Assembly (NCBI GenBank): GCA_963555815.3
Contig: CAUVWX020000001.1
Coordinates: 192,001-256,000 of the forward strand
DNA from: a bacterium
GTDB lineage: Bacteria > UBA8248 > JACPRG01 > G963555815
Direction: 5' to 3'
DNA: 64,000 nucleotides
Below the pieces are notes generated by a model. That model was not told the DNA's origin. It worked only from the letters and a program-made list of their open reading frames with translations, and searched no databases. The stretch's first letter is position 1. Each line of letters starts with the position of its first letter. Made by a program: the position numbers and the translations under genes. Shown here piece by piece: positions 9,612-20,423 of this stretch.

Positions 9612-10238
9612 TTGATAGACAGCGTGAAACTGCTTCTGGGAAGAATGATCTATCTGCTAATCGGACTGCTCTTCCTGGAAGCAGGGGTCGGGGCAGAAAC
9701 CCTCCTGAAATTTCAAATCGACCCGGCTCGAAGTGAGGTCGGCTTCGACGGGGAAACCTGGCTCCACAACCTGGACGGGGTGGCCAAAGCGTTTCAGGGA
9801 GAGGTGGAGGCCCCGGCGTTTTTATACGGTGGAGGGGTCTCGGGGCGGGTCGTCATCGACCCCTCCGCTATCGACACGGGCAACTCCCTGCGGGACCGTC
9901 AGATGCGGAATCGGACGCTCGAGATCGATAAATTTCCAGAAATTGTCTTTCTCGTCGATGGGGCCGAGCTCACCGATGGTGCTGAGCCCATAGGGGAAAG
10001 CTTCGTCCAGGCGGATTCCATCAATCTCATCCTCTCGGGCCGTCTCGTCCTGCATGGGGTCACGCAGGAAAAGCGCTTCCCCGTCACCGTGCTGCGGGAG
10101 GGAGAGGGGCTTGTCGTGTCCGGGAGGTTTCCCCTTCGCCTCAGTGAGCACCAGATCCCAGACCCCTCGACGTTCTTCAATCGTGTCCGAGACGAGCTCA
10201 TCGCCATTTTTAAGTTCACCCTCATCCCGACAGAGTGA
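9612..10238 (+). CDS. YceI-family lipid/polyisoprenoid-binding protein
   Basis: IDPARSEVGF, IDTGNSLRDRQM, KFPEIVF, GRLVLHGVT; N-terminal signal-like segment. Confidence 0.85.
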   Translation: MIDSVKLLLGRMIYLLIGLLFLEAGVGAETLLKFQIDPARSEVGFDGETWLHNLDGVAKAFQGEVEAPAFLYGGGVSGRVVIDPSAIDTGNSLRDRQMRNRTLEIDKFPEIVFLVDGAELTDGAEPIGESFVQADSINLILSGRLVLHGVTQEKRFPVTVLREGEGLVVSGRFPLRLSEHQIPDPSTFFNRVRDELIAIFKFTLIPTE

Positions 10239-10242
10239 GTTT

Positions 10243-10812
10243 TTAGGTGCCTCTCTTCTGTGAGTCCGGGGTGACAGCGGGGGCGTCTTGCTGTCCTCCT
10301 CGCCGGCTCCTCTTCCCGCCCAAGATCATCTCGAGGAGGAGGAGACCCACTCCCACCGTGATGGCCGAATCGGCCAGGTTGAAAGCGGGCCAGTGGAAGG
10401 AACCGTAGAAGAAATCGAGGAAATCCACAACGGCCTGAAAGCGGATGCGGTCGATGAGGTTCCCCACCGCGCCACCCAGAATGAGGGCGAGGCCCCAACG
10501 CGAGAGTTGGCGGTCCAAGGGAAGTCTTAGGGAGTAGACCGAAATGGTCCCGATGACGACGAGGGTCACCACCCAGAAGAAGGGCAGGACGAAGTGCGGG
10601 CTCGCCCCCGCCAGCAGGCCGAAGGCGGCCCCACGATTGAGGATATATGTGAGATGGAAAAAGCCAGGGATGACTGGAGAGGACTCGCTCAGGATAAGCT
10701 GCGCCTGGATAGCACTCTTCGTCACCTGGTCCAGGAAGACCACCCCTCCGGCAACGAAAAGCAGGAACAAAAAACTTCTTTTCCAAGAAGTCAAAGGCCT
10801 CAAAGCACTCAC
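10243..10812 (-). CDS. lspA: Lipoprotein signal peptidase II
   Basis: DQVTK, NRGAAFG, GGAVGNLIDR, VVDF, FNLADSAI; overlaps the ileS stop. Confidence 0.95.
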   Translation of the reverse strand: MSALRPLTSWKRSFLFLLFVAGGVVFLDQVTKSAIQAQLILSESSPVIPGFFHLTYILNRGAAFGLLAGASPHFVLPFFWVVTLVVIGTISVYSLRLPLDRQLSRWGLALILGGAVGNLIDRIRFQAVVDFLDFFYGSFHWPAFNLADSAITVGVGLLLLEMILGGKRSRRGGQQDAPAVTPDSQKRGT

Positions 10813-13607
10813 GGCCTTTCGCCCAAGATGGCCCGACAGCGGTGGCAGAGGGTGGGATGGGAGGCATCCTCCCCCACGGTGGGAAGGACCATCCAGCAGC
10901 GTTCACATTTCTTGCCCCCGGCCGAAATAACGCGGATATGTAGTCCAGGGATCTCCTGGCTCGAGTAGGCCCCGTCAGAGGGGTTTTCTTCTTTCCCCTT
11001 TTGGGAGACGAGCCCCGTCTGAGAGACAATGAAGAGGGTCGAAAGCTCGCCTTCATAGGGGGCGAGGGTGGCCTCTAGATCGGGCGGGGCATAGAGCTCC
11101 ACTCGAGCGTTCAGGGAGTTCCCAAGCCCTCCATCCTTTCGGGCGATCTCCAGCGCCTTCAGCGCCTCTCCCCGGACCAGAAGGAGGGTGTCCCACCTGG
11201 CGGAAAGCGCCTCATCCAGGTGGCGCGGATCGGACTCGGGAAAAAGGGAGAGATGGACGCTCTCCTCTCCCTGTCCGGGCAAATACTCCATCACCTCCTC
11301 TGCCGTGAAAGGCAGGATGGGCGCCATGAGGCGTGCCATAGAATCCGCCAGTGCACACAGCACGGTCTGTGCGCTTCGTCGCTCCCGGGATGCAGTCCCC
11401 TCGACGTATAGGCGATCTTTGATCACGTCCAGATAAAATGCCGACAGGTCAACAGCACAGAAATTATGGAACGCGTGATAGAAGAGGTGATACTTGTGGT
11501 CCTGATAGGCCTTTCGGATACGCTGGGTGAATTTCGCAAGACGGTGGAGCATGAGCCGGTCCAACTCCGGGAGCTCTTCGTAGGGGACTTCGTCTCGGGC
11601 TGGGTCGAAATCGTAGAGGTTCCCGAGGAAGAATCGAAACGTATTTCGGATGCGCCGGTAGGCTTCCGACAGGCGCTGGAGGATCTCCTTTGAGATCCGG
11701 ATATCCTCCCCGTAGTCCTCAGAGGCCACCCAGAGACGCAGGATCTCGGCCCCATGGCGCTCCATCAGATCCTGGGGGGCGATGACGTTCCCAAGCGACT
11801 TCGCCATCTTGCGTCCCTCGCCGTCCACGACATAACCATGGGTCAGGACGGCCCGGTAGGGTGCGGCCCCACGGGTCCCCACCGCGGCAAGCAGAGAGCT
11901 CTGAAACCAACCCCGGTGCTGGTCACTCCCCTCCAGGTAGAGGTCGGCGGGCCACGCGAAATCAGGACGAGGCTCTAGGACCGCGGCGTGGGTCACCCCC
12001 GATTCGAACCAGACGTCCAGGATATCCAGGACCTTTTCAAAGTTTTTCTTGCCGCATTTGGGGCACTTGAGGTCCGGGGGGGCGAAGTCTGCTGTTTCCC
12101 GTTCGAACCAGGCGTCAGCCCCCTCCTTCTCCATGAAATCGGCCGCCCGAAGAGCCACCCGATGGTCCAATAGAACTTCCTCGCAGGCCGCGCACGTGAG
12201 GACCGTGATGGGGACCCCCCAGACCCGCTGGCGCGAGATGCACCAATCGGGCCGATTCTCGATCATCCCGTAGATCCGCTCCTCCCCCCAGGCGGGGATC
12301 CACTGGACCTGGCGGACCTCCTTCAGGGCTTTTGGGCGAAGGTCATTCTGCTCCATGGAGATGAACCACTGGGCCGTCGCCCGAAAGATGACGGGGGATT
12401 GGCACCTCCAGCAGTGGGGATAGGTGTGCTCGATCTGCTCCTTGGCGAGGAGCATCCCCCGCTCGGCGAGATGGCGGACGATGGCCCCGTTGGCCTTGAA
12501 GACGTCCTGCCCCCCAAAGATCTGGATGTCCGGGGCAAAGCGGCCCTGGTCATCAACGGGACTCAGGATCTCCAAACCGTATTCAAGGCCGGTCTCGTAA
12601 TCCTCACGCCCGTGGCCGGGGGCCGTGTGAACTGCGCCTGTGCCCTGATCGAGGGTCACATAACTGGCGAGGACGCCAACGGACTCCCGGTCAAGAAACG
12701 GATGGCGAAAGCGGGCGCCTTCGAGGGCCGCTCCCTTGAAGGTGGCCTCCACCCGGTAGTCCGAAAACCCGAAGGCCTCCATCAGGGTCGGCAAAAAATA
12801 TTCCGCCAGGATGAGGCTCTCCTTCCCCGCCCGGACGAGGACATAGTCATAATCGGGGTGGACGGCGACGGCCAGGTTCGCCAGGAGGGTCCACGGGGTG
12901 GTGGTCCAGATAGCGATGGAGGACCCTTGGCTCTCTGGCGGAAGGCCCTTCCCTCCCCCCAGGTAGGGAAACCTCACAAAGATAGAGGGCGAGGTGTGGT
13001 CCTCATACTCCACTTCCGCCTCGGCAAGGGCCGTGCGACATGAGGGGCACCAGTGGACGGGCTTTTGGCCCTGATAGACACTGCCCACCTGAAGAAACTT
13101 CGCCAGCTCCCGGACAATGGCCGCCTCAAAGGCGAAGTTCATCGTGAGGTAGGGGTTCTCCCAGTCCCCCAGGACACCGAGCCGCTTAAACCCCTGCCGT
13201 TGAACCTCGACGAATTTTTGTGCAAATGCCCGGCACCGGCGCCGCTTCTCCCCCCGCGGGAGACTATCCTTCTCGCTCCCCAGCTCCAGGTCCACCTGAT
13301 GTTCGATGGGAAGCCCGTGGCAATCCCAGCCCGGCAGATAGGGGGCGTCGTAGCCCTCCATCGTCTTCACCTTGATGACGAAATCTTTGAGGATCTTGTT
13401 CAGGGCGGTGCCGAGGTGAATCGGTCCGTTCGCGTAGGGCGGGCCATCGTGGAGGATGTATCGGGGCCGGCCCGCCCGGGCCTTTCGGATCTGGCCGTAG
13501 AGGTTTTCCAGCTCCCAGCGGGAAAGGACCTCGGGCTCGCGCTTCGAAAGGTTGGCCCGCATGGGGAAGTCGGTCCGGGGAAGATTCAGGGTTTTCTTGT
13601 AGTCCAT
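10809..13607 (-). CDS. ileS: Isoleucine--tRNA ligase
   Basis: HDGPPYANG, HLGT (HIGH-like), GWDCHGLPIE, WCISRQR, KMAKS, C-terminal CERCW...CHRC zinc finger. Confidence 0.98.
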   Translation of the reverse strand: MDYKKTLNLPRTDFPMRANLSKREPEVLSRWELENLYGQIRKARAGRPRYILHDGPPYANGPIHLGTALNKILKDFVIKVKTMEGYDAPYLPGWDCHGLPIEHQVDLELGSEKDSLPRGEKRRRCRAFAQKFVEVQRQGFKRLGVLGDWENPYLTMNFAFEAAIVRELAKFLQVGSVYQGQKPVHWCPSCRTALAEAEVEYEDHTSPSIFVRFPYLGGGKGLPPESQGSSIAIWTTTPWTLLANLAVAVHPDYDYVLVRAGKESLILAEYFLPTLMEAFGFSDYRVEATFKGAALEGARFRHPFLDRESVGVLASYVTLDQGTGAVHTAPGHGREDYETGLEYGLEILSPVDDQGRFAPDIQIFGGQDVFKANGAIVRHLAERGMLLAKEQIEHTYPHCWRCQSPVIFRATAQWFISMEQNDLRPKALKEVRQVQWIPAWGEERIYGMIENRPDWCISRQRVWGVPITVLTCAACEEVLLDHRVALRAADFMEKEGADAWFERETADFAPPDLKCPKCGKKNFEKVLDILDVWFESGVTHAAVLEPRPDFAWPADLYLEGSDQHRGWFQSSLLAAVGTRGAAPYRAVLTHGYVVDGEGRKMAKSLGNVIAPQDLMERHGAEILRLWVASEDYGEDIRISKEILQRLSEAYRRIRNTFRFFLGNLYDFDPARDEVPYEELPELDRLMLHRLAKFTQRIRKAYQDHKYHLFYHAFHNFCAVDLSAFYLDVIKDRLYVEGTASRERRSAQTVLCALADSMARLMAPILPFTAEEVMEYLPGQGEESVHLSLFPESDPRHLDEALSARWDTLLLVRGEALKALEIARKDGGLGNSLNARVELYAPPDLEATLAPYEGELSTLFIVSQTGLVSQKGKEENPSDGAYSSQEIPGLHIRVISAGGKKCERCWMVLPTVGEDASHPTLCHRCRAILGERP

Positions 13608-13670
13608 ACCTGCCCCCTTCTAGGCAGAGCCTGGGATCCTGTCGGTCAACGCCTGGGGGCCCCCCTGACC

Positions 13671-14657
13671 CTAGAGGTGCATGGCAGCCTTGGCCTCCGC
13701 CAGTGTCTCCTGGGCGGCCTTTTTGGCCTTGGCGCTGCCTTCCTCTAAGATCTCTCGGACTTCCCCCCGGCGCTCCAAGAGGGCGTGACGTCTTTCATGA
13801 ATGGGCGCGAGGAACCGAACGAGGTTCTCGTAAAGGATCCCCTTGCAGTCCACGCAGCCGATGCCAGCCCGTCTGCACTCCCGGTTCACCATGTCCACTT
13901 CCTCTTTTGAGGAAAAGATCTTGTGGGAGTGGAAGACCGGGCAGACATCAGGGTTGCCGGGGTCCTGGCGGCGCTTTCGGGCCGGGTCGGTGAACATGCT
14001 GAGGACCTTTTTGCGAAGCACCTCCCCCTCATCCGAAAGGTAGATGGCGTTCTGATAGCTCTTGCTCATCTTCCGTCCATCCGTCCCGGGGAGCTTCGGG
14101 ACCTCGGTCAGCAGGGGCTGAGGCTCCGGGAAGACTTCAACGCCGTATAGGTGGTTGAAGCGTCGGACGACCTCCCGGGCCAGCTCGATGTGGGACACCT
14201 GGTCTATCCCGACGGGGACCCAGTTGGCTTTGTAGACGACGATGTCCGCGGTCTGAAGGAGGGGATAGCCGAGAAAGCCATACGTGCTGAGGTCGAGGTG
14301 GGAGAGCTCCTGTTGCTGCTCTTTGTAAGAGGGAACTCGCTCCAGCCAGGAAACGGGCGTGATCATCGAGAAGAGAAGGTGGAGTTCCGAGTGCTCAGGA
14401 ATCCGGGACTGGACAAAGAGGACGCTCTTCTCGGGGTCCAGACCCGCCGCCAGCCAGTCTATCGCCATCTCGGTGATGAGATCCGGCAGGTCTTTGGTGT
14501 CGTTGTAATCGGTGGTGAGGGCGTGAAGGTCAGCGATGAAATAAAAACAGGCATAGGTATCCTGAAGGGAGACCCAGTTCCGAAGGGCCCCCAGGTAATT
14601 GCCCAGATGAAGTCCTCCCGAAGGCCGCATCCCGCTCAGGACCCGTTCTTTCTTCAT
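13671..14657 (-). CDS. trpS: Tryptophan--tRNA ligase
   Basis: SGMRPSGGLHLGNY, YPLLQTADI, VPVGIDQ, KMSKS. Confidence 0.97.
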   Translation of the reverse strand: MKKERVLSGMRPSGGLHLGNYLGALRNWVSLQDTYACFYFIADLHALTTDYNDTKDLPDLITEMAIDWLAAGLDPEKSVLFVQSRIPEHSELHLLFSMITPVSWLERVPSYKEQQQELSHLDLSTYGFLGYPLLQTADIVVYKANWVPVGIDQVSHIELAREVVRRFNHLYGVEVFPEPQPLLTEVPKLPGTDGRKMSKSYQNAIYLSDEGEVLRKKVLSMFTDPARKRRQDPGNPDVCPVFHSHKIFSSKEEVDMVNRECRRAGIGCVDCKGILYENLVRFLAPIHERRHALLERRGEVREILEEGSAKAKKAAQETLAEAKAAMHL

Positions 14658-14714
14658 GCTTGACGTTCCGTTTCCCTCAAGCCGCTCTTTCGCCAGGTAC
14701 CGGGGCGCCGGGCG

Positions 14715-15344
14715 TCAAATAACCCCGTAGAGGCGCATCAAGCTAAAGATGATGGGGAAGATTGTGAAGTCGAGCACCCGAAAGAAGATCAGTCCGATGA
14801 GGATGAAAAACCCGTAGGGCTCAATTCTGCTGTACGCAAGCGCCCCACTCGGCGAAAGAAGCCCGTTCAAGATCCGGCCCCCGTCCAAGGGAGGGATCGG
14901 AATCAGGTTGAAGACCATCAGCGCCAGATTGATGATGACGGAGCGCTGGATGATGAGGAAGAGGGGGGTATGCCCCCAAAAGGCGTCTCCACCGAAGGGG
15001 ACGGGTAGCGCATGAAAAATGATGACGAAGAGGGTTGCGAGGAGCAGATTGGAGGCTGGTCCGGCCAGGGCGATCCACATCATGTCCTGGCGCGGATGCT
15101 TCAGATTTCGAATGTCCACCGGCACAGGCTTCGCCCACCCGATGAAGCGGGTCAGCAGGAAGACCAGCGTCCCCATCATGTCCAGGTGTTTCAGGGGGTT
15201 CAGCGTCACGCGGCCCAGCATGCGGGCGGTGGGGTCCCCCAAGCGATCGGCCATCCACCCGTGAGCCGCCTCGTGGATGGAGAGGGCCAGCAGCATGGCC
15301 GGGAGCATGATGGCGATCTGCTGTATGATTAGGTTTAAGTTCAC
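14715..15344 (-). CDS. Site-2 protease family (M50) membrane metalloprotease
   Basis: HEAAH, AGPASN, FNLIPIPPLDGG. Confidence 0.92.
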   Translation of the reverse strand: MNLNLIIQQIAIMLPAMLLALSIHEAAHGWMADRLGDPTARMLGRVTLNPLKHLDMMGTLVFLLTRFIGWAKPVPVDIRNLKHPRQDMMWIALAGPASNLLLATLFVIIFHALPVPFGGDAFWGHTPLFLIIQRSVIINLALMVFNLIPIPPLDGGRILNGLLSPSGALAYSRIEPYGFFILIGLIFFRVLDFTIFPIIFSLMRLYGVI

Positions 15345-15406
15345 GGATTTGCCTCCCTCAGTCTAGCCAAAAGTGGAGACCTCTTAACAAAAATCCCTGA
15401 CCTCTG

Positions 15407-18091
15407 TCAATTCGCCGCGTGAAGCGCCAAGCGGTGGCGCACGAAGGTGCGCTCGCTGACCTCCCCATGCTCAATGAGGCCGTCCAACAGGGCGTCTCGG
15501 GTGGCCTCCAGCAGTCGGCCAAGGTCGGGCCCCGGTGGGACGCCCATCTCGAGGAGGTCCTCCCCCCGCAGGGACGGACGGACATTCTTGAGCTTCGTTA
15601 GGAAAAAGGAGATCTTCTTCTTCACCGCCTGTGAGGGGGCAAGGGCCAGAGCGAGGAGGACGGACTCGGCCGGGAGGGGGTGAAGGAGCCGGTAGACCTG
15701 ACTGGGGCTCGGGTCTCCCCGCATCAGCCCCGCCAGAATGTCCTGCACAGTCTGCCCGGCCTCAACCGCCCGGACCTGCCGCCGTCCTGTGAGGCTCAGA
15801 CGATTGCAGATCTCCTCCACCTCTTTCTCCTTTAGGTCGCTCAGAAGACCCAGGAAATAGACGAACCAGGCCTCCACCGGCTCTTCGGTGAAAAGGAGGG
15901 CGTGCAGGGCCACGGTGTTTCCCACCTCCCGAAACCTCTCCCTCAGACGGACGTCCGCCTTGAGGCTTGGGTGGATGAACTGAAGGAGCTGGAGCTCTCC
16001 CAGACGGGCCACGTAGCGCCAAGGGTCGGGCTCTGAGAGGATGAGCTGGAACTCTCCGAAGAGCCGCTTCCCCGACAGCCGGTCAAAGAGGTTCTTTTGG
16101 ACGGCCGCCTCCAGGAGGGAGCCGGTCTGAGCCCCAATGGCAAAACCGTAACGCTCGACAAAGCGCACCGCCCGAAAGGCCCGAGTCGGATCCTCCACGA
16201 AGCTCAAGCCCTGGATGACCCGGACCACCTTCTCCTTGATATCCCGCTGGCCGCCAAAAAGATCGATGAGGCGCCAAGCCTGCCGCCCGTTGAGTTGGAT
16301 GGCAAGGGCATTGATGGTGAAGTCCCGCCGGTAGAGGTCGGCCCGGATGCTTCCCCTCTCGACCACGGGCAGGGCCGCGGGTCGCTCATAGTACTCCACT
16401 CGGGCGGTCGCCACGTCCACCCTCTGGCCGTCAGGCAGGGTGACGACAGCCGTCCCATACTGCTTATGGACCTTATGGCGGCCCCCCTCGCGGGCCGCGA
16501 GGCGCTCGGCCAGGGCGATCCCCTCCCCCTCGACGACGAGGTCCAGGTCGAGGTTCCCGATCCCCATCAGGAGGTCTCGGACAAACCCCCCGACCGCGTA
16601 GACGGTAAAACCCAGTGTGTCCACAATCTCACCCACCACCTCCAGAATGCGAAGGGTCTCCTTGGGCAGACGCTCGCGGGCCAGGGAGCGGACGTCCCGG
16701 GTGCGAGGGGTGCGCAGGCCAAGCCCCTCAGCCCCCTCGGGCCGGGCCTCTCCCCCCTCATGGAGGTAGCGCAGAATGTCCCCCCGTGCGATCACCCCTT
16801 CGAGTCTTCCTCCATTCTGGCCCTCGCGGACCATCTTGGAGACCTTGGAGACAATGGGGATAAGCTTTTGACGACCAGCCAGGAGAAGGTCCAGGGCCTT
16901 GCGGGCCGGGGCATCCGGGGGCAGGGTCTCAAACTCCCGGCTCATATACGCTGAGACCGGCTCGCCGCCAAGGTCGTGGAAGATGGCCTTTTCCAGCACC
17001 TGCCGGGTAATGAGGCCAACGACAGCCCCCTCCTCCCCTTCCCCTACGACGGGCAAGGTGTTCAAGTTGTAGCGGGTCATGAGGCGTTCTACCTCCTGGA
17101 TGGAGGCTTGGGCCTGCACGCTTCGAACCGAGGTCACCATGACATCGGCGACGGTGCGGTCCCCCTGCGCCCCGTCATGAAGGAGGCAACCCAGCCGGTC
17201 CCGGGCCTGGATGAGGGTCATGTTCTTGATGGAGGCCGAGGCGGCCGAGGCATGGCCTCCCCCGCCGAGGGCAGTGGCGATGGCCCCAGCGTTGACCTCA
17301 GGCACCCGGCTTCTGGCCACCAGCTGAACCTTGTCACCCATCTGGACCAGAAAGAAAAGGGCAAGGGGGTGCTGCGAAGCTCGAAACTCATGGGCCACCA
17401 GGGCCAGACCGTTCACGTAATGGTCCCGGGAGGCCGTGGCCACGACAATCGGGATGCCGGAAATCTGGACCTCTTCAGCTGATTCCAGAAGGTCGTTGAG
17501 GAGGGAGACCTGCTCGGGGTTGAGCTTCCGCCGAAGGTGCTCGTCCACCACCGCCAGGTCGGCCCCCGACGCCAGGAGGTAGGCCGCGGCTTTGAGATCG
17601 GCGGGGGTGGTGTTAACGGAGGTGAGCGCCCCGGTGTCCTCGTAGATCCCAAGGGCGAGCGTCGTCGCCTCCTGGGGCGAGAGGGCGATCTCCCGCTCCT
17701 GGAGGATCTCCACCAGGATTGTGGTCGTGGCCCCAACGGGCCGGACCACCGCAAAATGGGCGGAGATGTCCCCGACGGCGTCCGGGTGATGGTCGTAGAG
17801 ATGGACTTCCAGCTCGGGGAGATCGAGAAGGGACCCCAAGGGGCCCAGCCGGGCCCTGGATTGGGTGTCCACGACGATGAGCCGCCTGAGGTTTCGGCCA
17901 TCCACCTGTTTCACCCGAAGGAGGGGGAACGAAAACTTCACCGACTGGAGATAAGCCCGCACTGCCCCCTCCTGGGAGCCGGGGAAGGCAAGAGAAGCCT
18001 CTGGATAGAGTTTTTGGGCTGCAACCATCGCCGCGAGGCAGTCAAAGTCGGCACCAAGGTGGGCGGTGATGAGGTCCTTGGGGTTTTCCAA
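15407..18091 (-). CDS. DHH/DHHA1-CBS-nucleotidyltransferase, likely an A-adding tRNA nucleotidyltransferase
   Basis: ADFD, DHH, GGGGH, CBS pair, VGGFVRD/DLD, RRDFTINA, EDPTR. This architecture matches A-adding enzymes of split CC/A systems. Confidence 0.85.
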   Translation of the reverse strand: MENPKDLITAHLGADFDCLAAMVAAQKLYPEASLAFPGSQEGAVRAYLQSVKFSFPLLRVKQVDGRNLRRLIVVDTQSRARLGPLGSLLDLPELEVHLYDHHPDAVGDISAHFAVVRPVGATTTILVEILQEREIALSPQEATTLALGIYEDTGALTSVNTTPADLKAAAYLLASGADLAVVDEHLRRKLNPEQVSLLNDLLESAEEVQISGIPIVVATASRDHYVNGLALVAHEFRASQHPLALFFLVQMGDKVQLVARSRVPEVNAGAIATALGGGGHASAASASIKNMTLIQARDRLGCLLHDGAQGDRTVADVMVTSVRSVQAQASIQEVERLMTRYNLNTLPVVGEGEEGAVVGLITRQVLEKAIFHDLGGEPVSAYMSREFETLPPDAPARKALDLLLAGRQKLIPIVSKVSKMVREGQNGGRLEGVIARGDILRYLHEGGEARPEGAEGLGLRTPRTRDVRSLARERLPKETLRILEVVGEIVDTLGFTVYAVGGFVRDLLMGIGNLDLDLVVEGEGIALAERLAAREGGRHKVHKQYGTAVVTLPDGQRVDVATARVEYYERPAALPVVERGSIRADLYRRDFTINALAIQLNGRQAWRLIDLFGGQRDIKEKVVRVIQGLSFVEDPTRAFRAVRFVERYGFAIGAQTGSLLEAAVQKNLFDRLSGKRLFGEFQLILSEPDPWRYVARLGELQLLQFIHPSLKADVRLRERFREVGNTVALHALLFTEEPVEAWFVYFLGLLSDLKEKEVEEICNRLSLTGRRQVRAVEAGQTVQDILAGLMRGDPSPSQVYRLLHPLPAESVLLALALAPSQAVKKKISFFLTKLKNVRPSLRGEDLLEMGVPPGPDLGRLLEATRDALLDGLIEHGEVSERTFVRHRLALHAAN

Positions 18092-18311
18092 AAAGAAGGC
18101 CCCCTGGGTCGAAAATCGTCAGCCGAAGGACTCTTGAAATTAATATAGACATCTCTCTTACCTTATCAAGCCCTTGATCTTCCGTCAATTCCGGCACGGT
18201 GGGGCCCTGTCTGACCCAATTTTTGAGGTTGCAAGAGCGACACCCGGTTGTTAGATTTAAAGGATGAGAGAGGTGTTTCTTCCCTAATCCCTTTTCACTG
18301 GGGAGGGCAGC

Positions 18312-19622
18312 ATGATGACGACTTTCTGGAGAATCGTTGGGGCTCTCGCGGTCTTTCTAGCCGTGTCCCTCCCCCTCTCGGTCTCAGCCCAAGAAGCTTC
18401 ACCGGGATCTGTCCTGGTCCTTAAAGTGGATGGAGTCATCAACCCGGCGTCGGCCGAGTATATCGTCAAGGGGATCGAGGAGGCCGAGCGCCAGGAAGCC
18501 AGCCTCATTGTCCTGCGTTTGGACACGCCCGGTGGTCTAGACACCTCGATGCGGATCATCATCAAGGAGATGATCGGCTCTTCCGTCCCCATCGCCGTCT
18601 ATGTCTCGCCGAGCGGATCTCGGGCCGCCTCAGCCGGAACATTTATCACCATCGCCGCCCACGTTGCCGCTATGGCCCCGGGGACGAATATCGGGGCGGC
18701 TCATCCCGTCTCCATCGGGGGGCAGCAGATGGACTCCGAAACCGTCAAGAAGGTGGAGAATGACGCCGCGGCCTATATCCGCTCCCTTGCGGACCAGCGA
18801 GGTCGAAACGCCGACTGGGCCGAGGACGCGGTCCGCAACAGCGTCTCCATCTCCGATTCCGTCGCCCTCGACAAACAGGTGATCGACCTCGTCGCCGCGG
18901 ACCTCCCCGCACTGCTCCTCGCAGTGGACGGGCTAAGGGTTGAGACAGAGGCAGGCGAGCGCGTCATTCAGACCAGGGGGGCGGAAGTGGTGCAGTACCA
19001 GATGGGCTATCGCCAACAAGTCCTCAACATCCTCTCCAATCCCAACATCTCCTATATGCTCCTTCTCCTTGGCATGTACGGTATCTTCTTTGAGCTCGCA
19101 AACCCCGGGGCCATCTTCCCGGGAGTGGCCGGAGGCATCTCCATCCTTCTGGGCTTGTATGCCCTCCAAGTCCTCCCCGTCAATTACGCGGGCCTCGGCC
19201 TTATCCTGCTGGGCATCATCATGTTCCTTCTAGAGATCAAGGTGACCAGCTTCGGGGCCCTGAGTATCGGAGGAGCCATTTCCATGATCCTGGGGTCCGT
19301 TCTGCTCTTTGATTCGTCTGCGCCTTATCTTCGGATCTCGCTCCTCGTGATTATCCCGGCTGTCCTCACCACAGCCGCCTTCTTCCTCTTCCTGGTCGGC
19401 CTGGGTCTGAAGGCCCAGAGGAAGCGTTCCGTATCGGGCGTGGAGGGTCTCATCGACATGATCGGGATGGCTCGAGGTCCCATCAATTCGTCGGGGAAGG
19501 TCTTTATGCATGGCGAGCTCTGGGACGCCCACTCCAAAGAGCATATCGTGGAAGGTGAGCAGGTGCGCGTTGTGGGGGTCGAGGGCCTCAAACTAGAGGT
19601 GGTGAAGGAGGGTAGCCCATGA
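18312..19622 (+). CDS. nfeD: NfeD-family membrane-bound ClpP-class protease
   Basis: [24 protein letters not shown], transmembrane region, C-terminal OB fold ([12 protein letters not shown]). Confidence 0.92.
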   Translation: MMTTFWRIVGALAVFLAVSLPLSVSAQEASPGSVLVLKVDGVINPASAEYIVKGIEEAERQEASLIVLRLDTPGGLDTSMRIIIKEMIGSSVPIAVYVSPSGSRAASAGTFITIAAHVAAMAPGTNIGAAHPVSIGGQQMDSETVKKVENDAAAYIRSLADQRGRNADWAEDAVRNSVSISDSVALDKQVIDLVAADLPALLLAVDGLRVETEAGERVIQTRGAEVVQYQMGYRQQVLNILSNPNISYMLLLLGMYGIFFELANPGAIFPGVAGGISILLGLYALQVLPVNYAGLGLILLGIIMFLLEIKVTSFGALSIGGAISMILGSVLLFDSSAPYLRISLLVIIPAVLTTAAFFLFLVGLGLKAQRKRSVSGVEGLIDMIGMARGPINSSGKVFMHGELWDAHSKEHIVEGEQVRVVGVEGLKLEVVKEGSP

Positions 19623-20392
19623 TCGGTGTTATCTCCGTCTTAGTTATCCTCGGGATCATCCTCCTTGCCTCCATTATCCGGATCCTGCGCGAGTATGAGC
19701 GGGGCGTCATCTTCCGGCTTGGGAGGTTTCTAAAGGTCAAAGGGCCGGGGCTCATCATCCTCCTCCCCCTCATTGACCGTATGGTCCGAACGAGCCTCCG
19801 CCTCCTCACGTTGGATATCCCCGCCCAGGACATCATCACCCGGGACAACGTTACCGTTAAGGTGAACGCCGTTCTCTACTTCCGGGTGATAGACCCCCAG
19901 AAGGCGATCATCGTCGTCGAAGACTTCCTCTTCGCCACCTCCCAGTTGGCCCAGACCACCCTTCGCAGTGTGCTGGGCGAATCCGAACTGGACGACCTGC
20001 TGGCCAGTCGAGAGAAGATCAACCTGCGCCTTCAAGAGACCCTGGACGCCGACACGGACCCCTGGGGGATCAAGGTGGCCAAGGTCGAGGTGAAGCACGT
20101 GGACCTGCCTCAGACGATGCAGCGGGCCATCGCCAAGCAGGCCGAGGCCGAGCGGGAGCGCAGGGCCAAGATCATCCACGCGGAGGGGGAATTCCAGGCC
20201 TCAGCCAAACTTGCGGAGGCGGCGTCCATCATCGGGAAAGAGCCCGCTGCCCTTCAGCTCCGCTTCCTGCAGACCCTGACAGAGGTCGCCACGGAGAATA
20301 ACTCGACCGTGATCTTCCCCGTCCCGCTGGACCTCTTTACACCCTTTCTTAAGAAGAATGAGCCAAAGGTGTCCGGAAGTTCAGGGGATTAG
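19619..20392 (+). CDS. SPFH/stomatin-like (slipin) protein
   Basis: [38 protein letters not shown]; coupled to nfeD. Confidence 0.93.
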   Translation: MIGVISVLVILGIILLASIIRILREYERGVIFRLGRFLKVKGPGLIILLPLIDRMVRTSLRLLTLDIPAQDIITRDNVTVKVNAVLYFRVIDPQKAIIVVEDFLFATSQLAQTTLRSVLGESELDDLLASREKINLRLQETLDADTDPWGIKVAKVEVKHVDLPQTMQRAIAKQAEAERERRAKIIHAEGEFQASAKLAEAASIIGKEPAALQLRFLQTLTEVATENNSTVIFPVPLDLFTPFLKKNEPKVSGSSGD

Positions 20393-20423
20393 ACCCCTTT
20401 AGGGGAAACGAAACCCCGTCCTT

